From assembly GCF_030028105.1 (NCBI RefSeq), contig NC_092397.1:19168630-19232629 (forward strand): a stretch of DNA of 64,000 bases, written 5' to 3'. A program made the position numbers and the translations under genes. Positions 13,151 through 25,200 of this stretch are shown here, piece by piece. The notes under the pieces are model-generated. The model saw only the letters and a program-made list of their open reading frames with translations. It was not told the origin of the DNA and searched no databases. This DNA comes from Mobula birostris (Eukaryota). Positions within the stretch are counted from its first letter, which is position 1; every line of letters starts with the position of its first letter.

Positions 13151-13284
13151 TGTGCTGTTGTTAACAGACTGGATTAATTTGAGGGGCAAGTGCTGGTTCC
13201 ACGCCACATGTTTCAAAATCAGTCAATGATTTTATGCAGAAAACTCCGCAGCTACTTTAACACAGCAAGCTTCCACAAACAGTA

Positions 13285-14095
13285 TACTCAATGGAGACGT
13301 CAATCCATGGCCTCGTATACTGTTGCAATGAGGCCACACTCAGGTAGGAGGAACAACACCTTGTATTCTGTCTGGGCAGCCTCCAATCTGATGGCATGAA
13401 CATCGACTTCTTGATCTTCCAGTCATGCCCCCCCTCGCTCATCATTCCCAATCCCCCTTTACCTCTCATTGCCTGCCCATTGCCTCCCTCTGGTGTTCCT
13501 CCCCCCTTTTCTTTCATCCATGGCCTTCTGTTCTCTCCTTTCAGATTCCCCCTTCTCCAGCCCTGTATCTCTTTCACCAAACAACTTCCCAGCTCTTTAC
13601 TTCATCCCTCCCCCTCCCAGTTCCATCTGTCACTTTGTGTTTCTCTCTCCCCTCCCCCACCTTTAAAATTTACTCCTCATTGTTTTTTCTCCAGTCCTGC
13701 TGAAGAATCTCGGCCCAAAACGTCAGCTGTACTTTTATCCACAGATGCTGCCTGGCCTGCAGAGTTTCTCCAGCATGTTGTGTGTGTTCCTTGGATTTCC
13801 AGCATCTGCAGATTTTCTCCTGTTTATTACTCAATGTCAACAAGCATTTTGTATGACAACTGTCACAGTCTCACTCATTTAGAAATGCGGATATGAAACT
13901 CGAGGTTCAGCAGATGCTGGGAATAAACTGTAAAGTGACACACACAAAGTACTGCGGGAACTCAGCAGGTCAGGCAGCAGCTAAACAGAGGAATAAACAG
14001 TCTAGATAGGATGAAGTGTCTTGGCCCATAATATCAACTATTTATTTGTCTGCACAGATGCTGCTGGGGGGCACTGAGTCCCTCCAGTACTTTGC
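13285..14095 (+). mobile_element. Penelope-like retroelement 3' part and inverted terminal fragments
   Basis: EEQHLVFCLGSLQSDGMNIDF-type GIY-YIG C-terminus near 13345-13410, a pyrimidine-rich tract, then the recurrent terminal block. Confidence 0.65.
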
Positions 14096-14879
14096 AAACA
14101 TAAACCTCTTTTTTCAGTCAATCAGTTTCCAAATGTTGCTGAACTTTCATTTGCAGCCTCATCCTCCTGGTCTGATTCCCTCCTTCTACTCTACGTAAAC
14201 TCGAGCCTCCATCACATCTGGAGCTCCAAAGCCCTCATTTGTGCTGACCCCTCTTGTTTCTGCTCCACCATTCTGCTGTCGTACTTTAGAGGAGAGTGTT
14301 GTATTGCAACAGCCCGGCAATGTGAGGCACAGCCCTTCGAAATCAGTGAAAATGACACAAAACAATGAACAGAGCGGGACAGGAAGATTTTAACAACACA
14401 AGACTTCAGCCTTGGTCCAGAGCTGTGAGGGATGAGGAATATTTGGGAGAAAACCACAGTAAATTAATCCTCTGCAGTTTACAGAAAGTCGTGGAGTGAA
14501 TTCAAGGTAAACCTCTTCATCCCCAGACCGGTGACCAGTTACATCCTGAACATTATAGGGTGAGTTAGTGGTGAACGGCAGGGATGGGGTTGAAAGCTCT
14601 GGTGTGCAATAGGAACACAAGCAGGTACCAGCTGGACTGGGTGGCCTCTCGACTGTTCATTATCAGTGTGACAGGGAGGAAGCACATGAGACACAGGATT
14701 TGAAATGAAATTGATCTATTTGTCTATGACAGATCCACAATATTAAACATCAGTGTATTTTAAGATGGTGGGATGAACCCCCTCAATGCTCAGTGACCAG
14801 GGTTCAGTCCTGGGTCTGATGACCAGCCACAATATCTGTGGAATCTGACATTAACAGTCCCATATACAGCTTATTATAA

Positions 14880-15465
14880 CTTCCTCCCTGATGTGAAGTT
14901 GCTGGTGTTTCAGCAGGTGGGATGACTTGAGTAAATTTCTTTGCTGACTCAGGACAGAAGTGTGTCCTCTATGAATTGTAAACTCACTGGAGCCTCACAC
15001 GGTGGGTGAACTGAATGAATCTCCTCCCACACTTGGAACAGGTGTGAAGCTATACTGAGAGACAGAGACAACAGAGCCAAGTCTAGCTGCTCACCGGTGT
15101 GAACTGGCTGGTGTTTTAATAGCTCATGTGACTGAATGAATCCCGTCTGCCATGGAGCAGGTGAATGGCCTCTCCCCGTGTGAACTTGCTGGTGTATCTG
15201 CAGGTGCAGTGGCCTGGTGAATCCCTTCCAAAATGAGAGGCGGTGAACGCCAACTCACTGGTATCAACTCTATGGCCATTTATCAGGTCAGTCCATGGAC
15301 AAGTCCACGTATTGGGACTCTGGTGTGCTGTCTTCTCAACCATCTCTCCCTTCATATTCAGTGATTGGTAGCATTCAAATGCTGGGGAACCGACAGACAC
15401 AGCAGAAGTGACACGCTGTTGCATTTGAGATTCTCAGACAGAAATTCTTTGCCTTTTCTGCCTGT
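14880..15465 (-). pseudogene. Decayed C2H2 zinc-finger array exon
   Basis: Minus strand about 15090-15185 reads HTGERPFTCS..GFIQSHELLKHQPVHTGE with frameshifts; more finger-like pieces (TCSKCGRRFIQF, HQQLH) extend to about 14890. Possible splice acceptor TTTTACAG at about 15462. Confidence 0.7.
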
Positions 15466-16744
15466 AAAATGTTTGCAAAGAAGATCAACAGGTGAAAAAG
15501 AATATATCTCAGCTGAGATTATTTTGGTTTTCATGTTGATGTCTGATGTCACACTGTTACAGTGAGGCTGAACACTGTCCGGAGGAACAACACTTCTAAC
15601 TGGGCATAGTTCAGGCATAAGGACACAACATCAAATTCTCTGTTTTCCTCTCTGCCCATCAAGCTGTGACTTGGCTCAGTGTGTCTCTCTCCATTACTTA
15701 TAGCTTCACATTCTGGGTATCTCCCACAGACCTACTAAGCACACAATACAAACAGAGCTGCTTTGTGAGAGTTTCTGCTGATTGTGACCCTGCTGGCATT
15801 CGACGGCAGTAAATTCAGAGTCAGCAATGCCATTAACCCTCAAGAGAATGTGATCAGGTTTTCTTGGTGCAGATTGACACTGCGGTATTCTTGCAGTGTG
15901 AAGACTTTTACAAATAAAATGGCATGAGGCATTTTCTGTTTCAGGAAAACCATAACAACTCATTTATTGTCCTCCAAATACAGAAACATAAAGCAGTTTA
16001 AAAAAAAAACTTCACATACTTACATCATAACAGCAGTCCAGCTTCTAAAAGAGAAACACAACAGAATGTCAGTGGTCATTAATTACGCACATTTCCAGCC
16101 ATGACATTACCCTACGGTGACCCCACCCCCCACTGAATCCTCTTACTGCTCCCCCTCTGTGACCTTTAGAGCAGTTTACTTCCTTTTAGTGACACTTGCA
16201 AGATAATACAGAGAAACACATCAAGTTCTCTCGTGTATTAGTGCTCCTAAGGGTGCTGCCATTTACTGTGGAGTTTCTTACGACATTTTACCTGTAAAAC
16301 TCCTCACACTTGTCCAGATTAAAATCCATTTCCCCCATTTCTCCATCCATGATTCCAATTGATCTATATCCACTTCTGTCCATTTGACAACCTTCCTCGC
16401 CACCCACAACTATACCAACATTCGTGTCATCAGCGATCTGATCTGCCCATGTGTGTTTTAATCTGATCAAACAAAGGTCCCATCACTGATCACTGTGGAC
16501 ACACTGGTTACATATCTACAGTCAAAATCATTCTCAATCCTATCAGTTCAAATTTTGCTACACGATAGACACCATTCAAACCTTCCCACACCGAAACTCG
16601 AGGAAAGTTACACATTTATCACAAGACCAGAGTTGGGTTGAATGGTCTGGGCTTGTTACTCTGGATGCTCTGCTCCAAAGTCCATTCAGATTAGTACAAC
16701 GTAACCAGATACATCATCACCGAGACACTGATGTACAGCATTGT

Positions 16745-17610
16745 GTCACAAACAGGAGAAAATCTACAGTTGCTGGAAATCAAGCCACACACACAAATGC
16801 TGAACAAACTCAGCGGGTCAGGCAGCATCTATAGAAAAAAAACACAGCCACTGTTTTGGGACAAAACCCTTCGGCGGTACTTAGGAGAAAATCTGAGGAG
16901 TAGATTTAAAAGGTGGGGAAGGGGAGAGAGAAAATAAGGTGCGGGTGAAACCTGTAGGGGGCTGGGAAGTTGATTAGTGAAAGAGACAGGAGGCCATGGA
17001 AGAAAGAAAAGGGGGGAGGAGCACCAGAGGGAGATGGTGGGTGGGCAAGATGATGGGAAATGGTGAAGGGGGGGGGTGTGGGAGGCATTACCAGAAATGC
17101 GAGAGTTCGATGTTCATGCCGTCAGGTTGGAAGCCACCCATAAGGTGTTGTTCCTCCAACAAATGTGTGGCCACATCGCATTGTGTGATATTGTTTAAAA
17201 AGCTAAAAAGAATTCAAGTGTGAGGATGAATCTGAAAGAAGTTTCTACATTTGCATTGCATGAGAGACTGGAAGACACAGTGCCAAGTACCAACTCCCAC
17301 ACTGTACCAGAAACTGACAGGTACAGAATGAACCCCACACTCTCACACTGTACCAGAGACTGACGGGTACAGAATGAACCCTGTACATAATGTACAGACA
17401 TTACGTACTTTAACAAACCCGAACAACGCTCCTCCCCAACTCAAGACAGCACCACTTTGATCAATTTACACTGCAGTGGACTGTCTTGAGACTCGTTCAA
17501 ATTCTCTGCAACACACATCAAAGTTGCTGGTGAAGGCAGCAGGCCAGGCAGCATCTCTAGGAAAGAGGTACAGTCGACATTTTGGGCCGAGAACCTTCGG
17601 CAGGACTAAC
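16745..17610 (-). mobile_element. Penelope-like 3' fragments
   Basis: Reverse complement of the 13285-13830 type sequence; AGTCCTGCCGAAGGTTCTCGGCCCAAAATGTCGACTG on the minus strand at 17571-17607. Confidence 0.6.
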
Positions 17611-17780
17611 TGCTAATTCTCTTCTCTTTTTACAATTCTGTACAGCAGTTTAGTTCTTGTGAGCACTGTATTGTGGATACTATGTGTTTATGATGCTGCT
17701 GCAGTAAATTTATCTTTCACCTGGTCCATTTGACCTTCGGTCTCCTGCTGTCCTGTTTCATTACATAAACGTTTCATATT

Positions 17781-19168
17781 ATAGAAACATAGAAAATAGG
17801 TGCAGGAGTAGGCCATTCGGCCCTTTGAGCCTGCACCGCCATTTATTATGATCATGGCTGATCATCCAACTCAGAACACCGCCCCAGCCTTCCCTCCATA
17901 CCCCCTGACCCCCATAGCCACAAGGGCCATGTCTAACTCCCTCTTAAATATAGCCAATGAACTGGCCTCAACGGTTTCCTGTGGCAGAGAATTCCACAGA
18001 TTCACCACTCTGTGTGAAGAAGTTTTTCCTAATCTCGGTCCTAAAAGGCTTCCTCTTTATCCTCAAACTGTGACCCCTTGTTCTGGACTTCCCCAACATC
18101 GGGAACAATCTTCCTGCATCTAGCCTGTCCAATCCCTTTAGGATCTTATACGTTTCAATCAGATCCCCCCTCAATCTTCTAAAATTCCAATGAGTACAAG
18201 CCTAGTTCATCCAGTCTTTCTTCATATGAAAGTCCTGCCATCCCAGGAATCAATCTGGTGAACCTTCTTTGTACTCCTCTATGGCAAGGATGTCTTTCCT
18301 CAGATTAGGGGACCAAAACTGCACACAATACTCCAGGTGTGGTCTCACCAAGGCCTTGTACAACTGCAGTAGTACCTCCCTGCTCCTGTACTCAAATCCT
18401 CTCGCTATAAATGCCAGCATACCATTCGCCTTTTTCACCATCTGCTGTACCTGCATGCCCACTTTCAATGACTGGTGTATAATGACACCCAGGTCACGTT
18501 GCACCTCCCCTTTTCCTAATCGACCACCATTCAGATAATAATCTGTTTTCCTATTTTTGCCACCAAAGTGGATAGCTTCACATTTATCCACATTAAATTG
18601 CATCTGCCATGAATTTGCCCACTCACCCAACCTATCCAAGTCGCCCTGCATCCTCTTAGCATCCTCCTCACAGCTAACACTGCCACCTAGCTTCGTGTCA
18701 TCCGCAAACTTGGAGATGCTGCATTTAATTCCCTCATCCAAGTCATTAATATATATTGTAAACAACTGGGGTCCCAGCACTGAGCCTTGCGGTACCCCAC
18801 TAGTCACCGCCTGCCATTCTGAAAAGGTCCCGTTTAATCCCACTCTTTGCTTCCTGTCTGCTAACCAACTCTCCACTCACAGCAATACCTTACCCCCAAT
18901 ACCGTGTGCTTTAAGTTTGCACACTAATCTCCTGTGTGGGACCTTGTCAAAAGCCTTCTGAAAATCCAAATATACCACATCTACTGGTTCTCCCCTATCC
19001 ACTCTACCAGTTACATCCTCAAAAAATTCTATGAGATTCGTCAGACATGATTTTCTTTTCACAAATCCATGCTGACTTTGTCCGATCATTTCACCGCTTT
19101 CCAAATGTGTTGTTATCACATCCTTGATAACTGACTCCAGCAGTTTCCCCACCACCGACGTTAGGCTA
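17781..19168 (-). mobile_element. Young 5'-truncated CR1 LINE (RT domain and 3' UTR)
   Basis: ORFs 18877-19155, 18250-18876 and 17968-18174 give [23 protein letters not shown] and KFADDTKL; (TTTCTATG) tail at 17781-17797. Confidence 0.92.
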
Positions 19169-19541
19169 TTAACTGTGTGTTTTCCTCATTCCATCTGCTT
19201 TTCTAGCAGATACGACGGGCCGAATGACCGAATACTGCCGCTGTAGTTGGTCCATTTTGTATTTTAGATTTCCTTCCTGCGGAATTAACCGGCAGCAGCA
19301 ACTCACCACATCGGCGACAGTTCCCAGTCCACGGCGTTACCCAAAACGAACACTGGGTAGTGCAGAACGAGTTCCTTTAGCTATCCAATCAAATTATCTT
19401 ACTGCATGAACGTTACTTCAAATAGCCATTGTGAAACATAGGCATCCCATCCCTCATTAGCATACACCTCTGGGCGCTGCCTATTTAATTCGTGCTCCGA
19501 GCCCGTTTTGCTTATTTGTGGTTCTGAAGCGGTCAGCTGAA

Positions 19542-19916
19542 ATGCCTGAGACAGCGAAACCCGCTCCGAAGAAGGGCGCCAAGAAAACTCTGCCCAAACC
19601 AGCGGGTAAGGCAGGGAAGAAGCGCAAGAGGCTGAGGAAGGAGAGTTACTCCATCTACATCTACAAAGTGATGAAGCAGGTTCACCCCGATACTGGCATC
19701 TCCTCCAAGGCCATGAGCATCATGAATTCATTCGTCAACGACATCTTCGAGCGCATCGGGGGCGAGGCTTCCCGCCTGGCCCATTACAACAAGCGGTCAA
19801 CCATCACCTCACGGGAGATCCAGACCGCCGTGCGCCTGCTGCTGCCCGGGGAGCTGGCCAAGCACGCCGTTTCCGAAGGGACAAAGGCGGTGACCAAGTA
19901 CACCAGCTCCAAGTAA
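19542..19916 (+). CDS. H2B: Histone H2B (copy 2)
   Basis: [12 protein letters not shown]...KYTSSK; octamer-like ATTAGCAT at 19456 and TATTTAA at 19482 upstream. Confidence 0.98.
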   Translation: MPETAKPAPKKGAKKTLPKPAGKAGKKRKRLRKESYSIYIYKVMKQVHPDTGISSKAMSIMNSFVNDIFERIGGEASRLAHYNKRSTITSREIQTAVRLLLPGELAKHAVSEGTKAVTKYTSSK

Positions 19917-19947
19917 AGCTCCCCAGTGAGATGATCGGAAACACAAC

Positions 19948-19963
19948 GGCTCTTTTAAGAGCC
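19948..19963 (+). terminator. Histone 3' stem-loop
   Basis: GGCTCT-TTTA-AGAGCC followed by ACTCA. Confidence 0.95.
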
Positions 19964-20569
19964 ACTCACGATTTCACTGAGAGAATTGTACTAGCATTTA
20001 GGCAATACATGGCGCACGTTTTATGTGTGGTGACTTTTACAGGAGCTAAAGAGCGGTTGGAATATCCGCTTCATCTTCCCTCTATAATCCTGGTGTTTAA
20101 CATTCCTCCCACTCCCATTGCTGTTTTAGCTGTGGGTTCAGGAGTTTATTAGTTGGAGTTAGGTAACTTCTCTTAATCTCATTTTAATTCGAGGCCGGAA
20201 CGACTTCACGGTTCTTTCATACAACAGTTTTTAAAAAAAAAAAAATTGCAGACTAGCCGCTGGTCACAGTTTGTCCATAACCTGCTAACGTTTACACAAT
20301 GACCGGCACCGGGCAGAAGCTGAGTGTCAGATTTACTCGGTTCCTTTCCGAGTTGAAAGAAATTTGAGTGCCCAGACACTCCATTATCAACTACACTTAC
20401 ATTAAATGTGCCCGGTTTCAGTAACAGGGGGAAATACGAAGACCCAGTCCTCAAACAGATCAGCAATGATTTAGTTTCAGATTAAATTTGAACAATGAGT
20501 TTTTTTGGCGGGCTTTTTCCAATTTTCAGAGTACTTTGGGGAGGAGATGGTTACACTGCGCGCTTCTAC

Positions 20570-21142
<573 letters not shown>

Positions 21143-21172
21143 GGCGACGTAAACTGAACCTATTTACCCAAA

Positions 21173-21188
21173 GGCTCTTTTCAGAGCC
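21173..21188 (+). terminator. Histone 3' stem-loop
   Basis: GGCTCT-TTTC-AGAGCC; HDE GAAGGGCTG near 21205. Confidence 0.95.
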
Positions 21189-21737
21189 ACTCACAGTGTC
21201 TGTGGAAGGGCTGAACAGCGGGTGATTACCGTTCGGAGTAACTCGGCTGTGTATCTGACACGGCCCCGATCGGAGGCATCCCTGGTAACGTTTTCTCTCC
21301 TTCCGTCGTGTTTCTTCCGCGAATTAAATCGGTATAAGTCTGCAGAGTACGCGGTCCGCTTCGCCCTGACTCATTTCCCGTCTCTGCTGGCTGAATGGAG
21401 CTCTCTCCCCTTGCGGGGCGGGGAAATTAACTTTCAGAGTCAACCCCCGGAGGGTGAATTTAATCTCCGATCATTGAACGATTCCGGTCTTCATGACCTG
21501 AAACCGCGTTGTCTGGGTTTCACATTGCGGGTTGACCCTGGACCGTTCCGCTGATCGCTTCATGAGCAATTCCCACCGCCTCACAGAACAATATTGATTT
21601 GCAGCTTCACATTTATCTACAAAAGTACATTTACCATATGGAACTGACAGTATTTACTGAAAATCTCGTGCGCCTGGGTCTCTGAAATATAAATGAACAT
21701 TTGCAAAGACGGGGTCAGTTTGGTCAGATCTCCCGAG

Positions 21738-21800
21738 ACACGGCTCCCTCTGTGAGGCGGTGGGTCGCTCTGATACAGACTTTTGTTTGTGCCAGGAAGA
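21738..21800 (-). pseudogene. Decayed H4 3'-end remnant (broken stem-loop plus HDE, no CDS)
   Basis: ACGGCTCCCTCTGTGAGGCGGTGGGTCGCTCTGATACAGACTTTTGTTTGTGC aligns with 33821-33874 ACGGCTCCGTTTGTGAGGCGGTGGGTGGCTCTTAGAAGAGCCTTTGTTTTGTGC. Confidence 0.7.
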
Positions 21801-22299
21801 AAAGGGAGGGGGTGGGTGGATCGACAAGGAGGTTCAGTGCTGTCCTGTCTCTAATAGGAACTTCTAAATACTGATTGATAAAACTGGACACACAGAATAA
21901 ATTCTGCGCCACCAACCCTTTTGCAGTGCGGCGGTCCCAGTATACATGATGCGGCAATCCCCAGGGATGTCTTCTCTAAGTACCACTGAGATGTTCTCTC
22001 TGGTCAAACACATCTCTCCATCTCTCTCCCCTCCACTCCATCGTACCTGTAGCATTTGTACTGTGAAACTGATCTGCCGGTCCTGCCCCTCCGACAATCA
22101 TTTTTCTGTTGGGGATATAATATCCCAGTCTCCTGCACGGATCCATGCCCAGGGGCCATCTGCTGTTCAGAGAACAAAGGACAGTACAGGAGTGGCCCTT
22201 TGGCCCTTCTCTACATATTCTTGTGACTGTCTAAATTTCCTTAAATACTCCTGTGCTCTCTGCCTCTGCCTCTGCCAACACCCCTGACAGTGCATTCCA

Positions 22300-25200
22300 T
22301 GTCTCCATCAATCTGTTGTCTTCACTTTCTTCCTCTGAGCTTAAATACATGCCTTCTGTGAAAAATATTACTGGCTGTCTACACCAACTATGACCACAAA
22401 ATTCCACAGGTTTCTATCAAATCTCTCCTGAGCCGACGCCACTCCAGAAGCAAAAGGTTTCAGCACGTCGAGCCTCTCCTCAGCGCACACCTCCTCCAGA
22501 CATCCTGCTCCAAACCCTCCACATGCTTCCTATAATGAGGTGATCAGAACTGAACACTATACTCTCAATGTGGCCTAACCAGCATTTTATAAACCTGTAA
22601 CATCATGTCCTGGGGCTTGAACTCAGTGCCTTGCCTGATGAAGGTAACCATGCCATACACCGACTTTACCTCCCTGTCAACCTGTGCTCCCAGTTTTAGG
22701 GAACCGATGTCTCTGAACCTCGACATCCTTCTCTTTGTCAATACTGTTAATGTTCCTGCCATTAACTGTGTACACACCCTTGATGTTGGATCTCCCAAGG
22801 TGCAGCCCTAGGTATCCTTTTCACCACAACGAATGTACGAAATGCAATGGGATTATCTTCAATCCTACTTGCCGGAGATTTTTCATCAGTGTTTCCAGCT
22901 GTCCAAACATTCTTGAGTTCCCCTGTTTTTTAAATATAGTCCTCAAACACCCTGTTTGATTACAGATTCCTAAGCCTTACTTATGCTTCTTCCTCCTCCT
23001 TGATTAAATTAACTTCCTGTCACATCATCCAAGGTTCCTGAACCTTGCCATCCTTGACCCTTCCTCTTACTGGAAAAAACTGGCCCTGAAACACTGCCCT
23101 GGTCTTTAAACAAACTCCAGGTCAGATGTGGATTTGCCTCAAAATCCATCGTTACATATTGCTGTGCCTGGCATCTAACTCAGCTTCAATCTCTCCATTC
23201 AGTGACTGGTGTTCTATTTCACATCCCCCTGTCAATCTCGTTTCAACCCTCATAGGGCGCAGCAATGAACTTCATGATCCTGACCGCCCTCCAGTAAAAC
23301 TGCAAACCATCCCTCTTGTAAATGTCACCCCAGCACCAGAAGAGGTTCCAATGTTCTGTAATCCTGAAACCCTGTCCCTGTATCAGCTCCTTAGCCACAC
23401 ATTCATCAGCTCTCACTTTCTGTTTGTATCCCTACCACCACAGGGCACTAGGAGTAAACTGGAGATTACAACATTTCAGGTTCTGCTCCATAACTTCTTC
23501 CCTAACTCTCTGTGGGACATCATCCCTTTTCTACCTGTCCATTGGTACCAATGTGAATCACCATCTCTGGCTGAATGAACACCATCCCCCTGTTCTGTAT
23601 CTGCTCCGAGATGTCCCTGACTCTCAGAGTATTTACAACTTTTAAAACCAACAAAAAGCAACAAAAAAACTCATAAAGGGAGGGAAGAGTTAGAATACGA
23701 AGGTAAGCTAGCCACTGGTATTAAAGAGTATACCAAAAGTTTCTTCAGATATACAAAGTGTAAAAGAGAGGCAAAAGTAGATATTGGTTCATCGGAAGAT
23801 GTTACTGGAGAGGTAGTAATGGGGTACAGGAAAATGGCAGACAATCTGAATAAGTATTGTGCATCAGTCTTCACTGGGGACGATATTAGCAGTCTGCTGG
23901 AAATTCAAGAGAATCAGGGGGAAGAAATGAGTGATTTTGCCTTTACTAGGGAGATGGTCCTTGGGAATCTGAAAGGTCTGAAGGTAGAGAATTCACTTGG
24001 ACCAGATTATCTACACCAGTGCTATGAAAGATGTGGCTGAAGAGATTGTGGCAGTTTTAGTAATAATCTTTCCATAATCTCTGGATTCTGGTATGGTTCC
24101 AGAGAACAGGAAAATTGCAAAGGTCATCCACTCTTAAAGAAGAGGGAGAAGCAGAAGAAAGCAAATCATAGGCCAGCTAGTCCGATCTCAGTGGTTGGGA
24201 AGATGATGGAGTCAATTGTCAAGGATGTATTTTTGGGTACTTGGCAACACATGAAAAAATAGGCCAAAGTCAGCATGGTTTCCTTTAATCAGTCCTCACC
24301 AAAGACTTGTGTATCTGCAACACTTCTTCTCAACTCTTGTACTCAGTGACATGAATGATGAAGGCCGGCAGATCAAACCCCATCTTCACCACCATATCTA
24401 GCTGAGACGTCCCTTTCAGTGAATTACACATTCACATGGACATTATTTATATAAATTACAAACAACAAAGGTCCTGTCACCCAGTGGCACACCACTAGAC
24501 AGACAGCTCCAGTCTGAGACACAACCCTCAACCATCAGCCTCTGCCTCCTGTCACCGAGGCAATTATGGAATCGATCAACTATCTCCCCAGATTCCAGTT
24601 TCTAGATCTAACCTTCCAGACTATAGTCAAAGGCCTGGTTAATGTCCATATAAACAACATCCACAGCCCTAACCTCATCTACACCCTTGTGAAACCCCTC
24701 AAAGGGCTGCAAGAAATTACCAGACATAATTTTCCTTGCACAAAACTGTGCTGACTGTCTTGAATCAAACCAAATTTTGGTGGATCCTGTTCATCAGAAA
24801 CTCTTCCAACAAATTACAGACTGATGGGCCTGTAGTTTCCACTACCCTTTTTGAACAATGGCAGCGCATAAACCATCAGTCCTGAAGTCATAGGAGCAGG
24901 ATTAGGCCTTTTGGCCCATTCAGTCTGTTCTGCCATTCCATCATATATCCCTCTCAACCCCATTCTCCTGCCTTCTACCCATAAACTTTGATACCCTTAA
25001 TAATAATTAAAAATCTACTAACCTCTGCTTTAAATAAACCCACTGACTGCCTTTATGGCTGCCTGTGGAAATGAAATCCATTGATTCATCACCTTCTGAC
25101 TAAAGAAATTACTCATCTCTATTCTAGAGGGGCATCTTTTATTGAAGGTGTGGTTTGGTTCTAGATTCCTCCATTATTGGAAACATCCTCTCACATAAAC

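Noticed and set aside
14790-14820. tRNA B-box-like CCAGGGTTCAGTCCTGGG
   Set aside because: No cloverleaf or A-box; at best a degenerate SINE trace. No tRNA or rRNA gene could be supported in the window.
17296-17381. Short tandem duplication (CACACTGTACCAGARACTGACRGGTACAGAATGAACCC x2); also 9449-9491
   Set aside because: Two-copy slippage duplications with no further structure.
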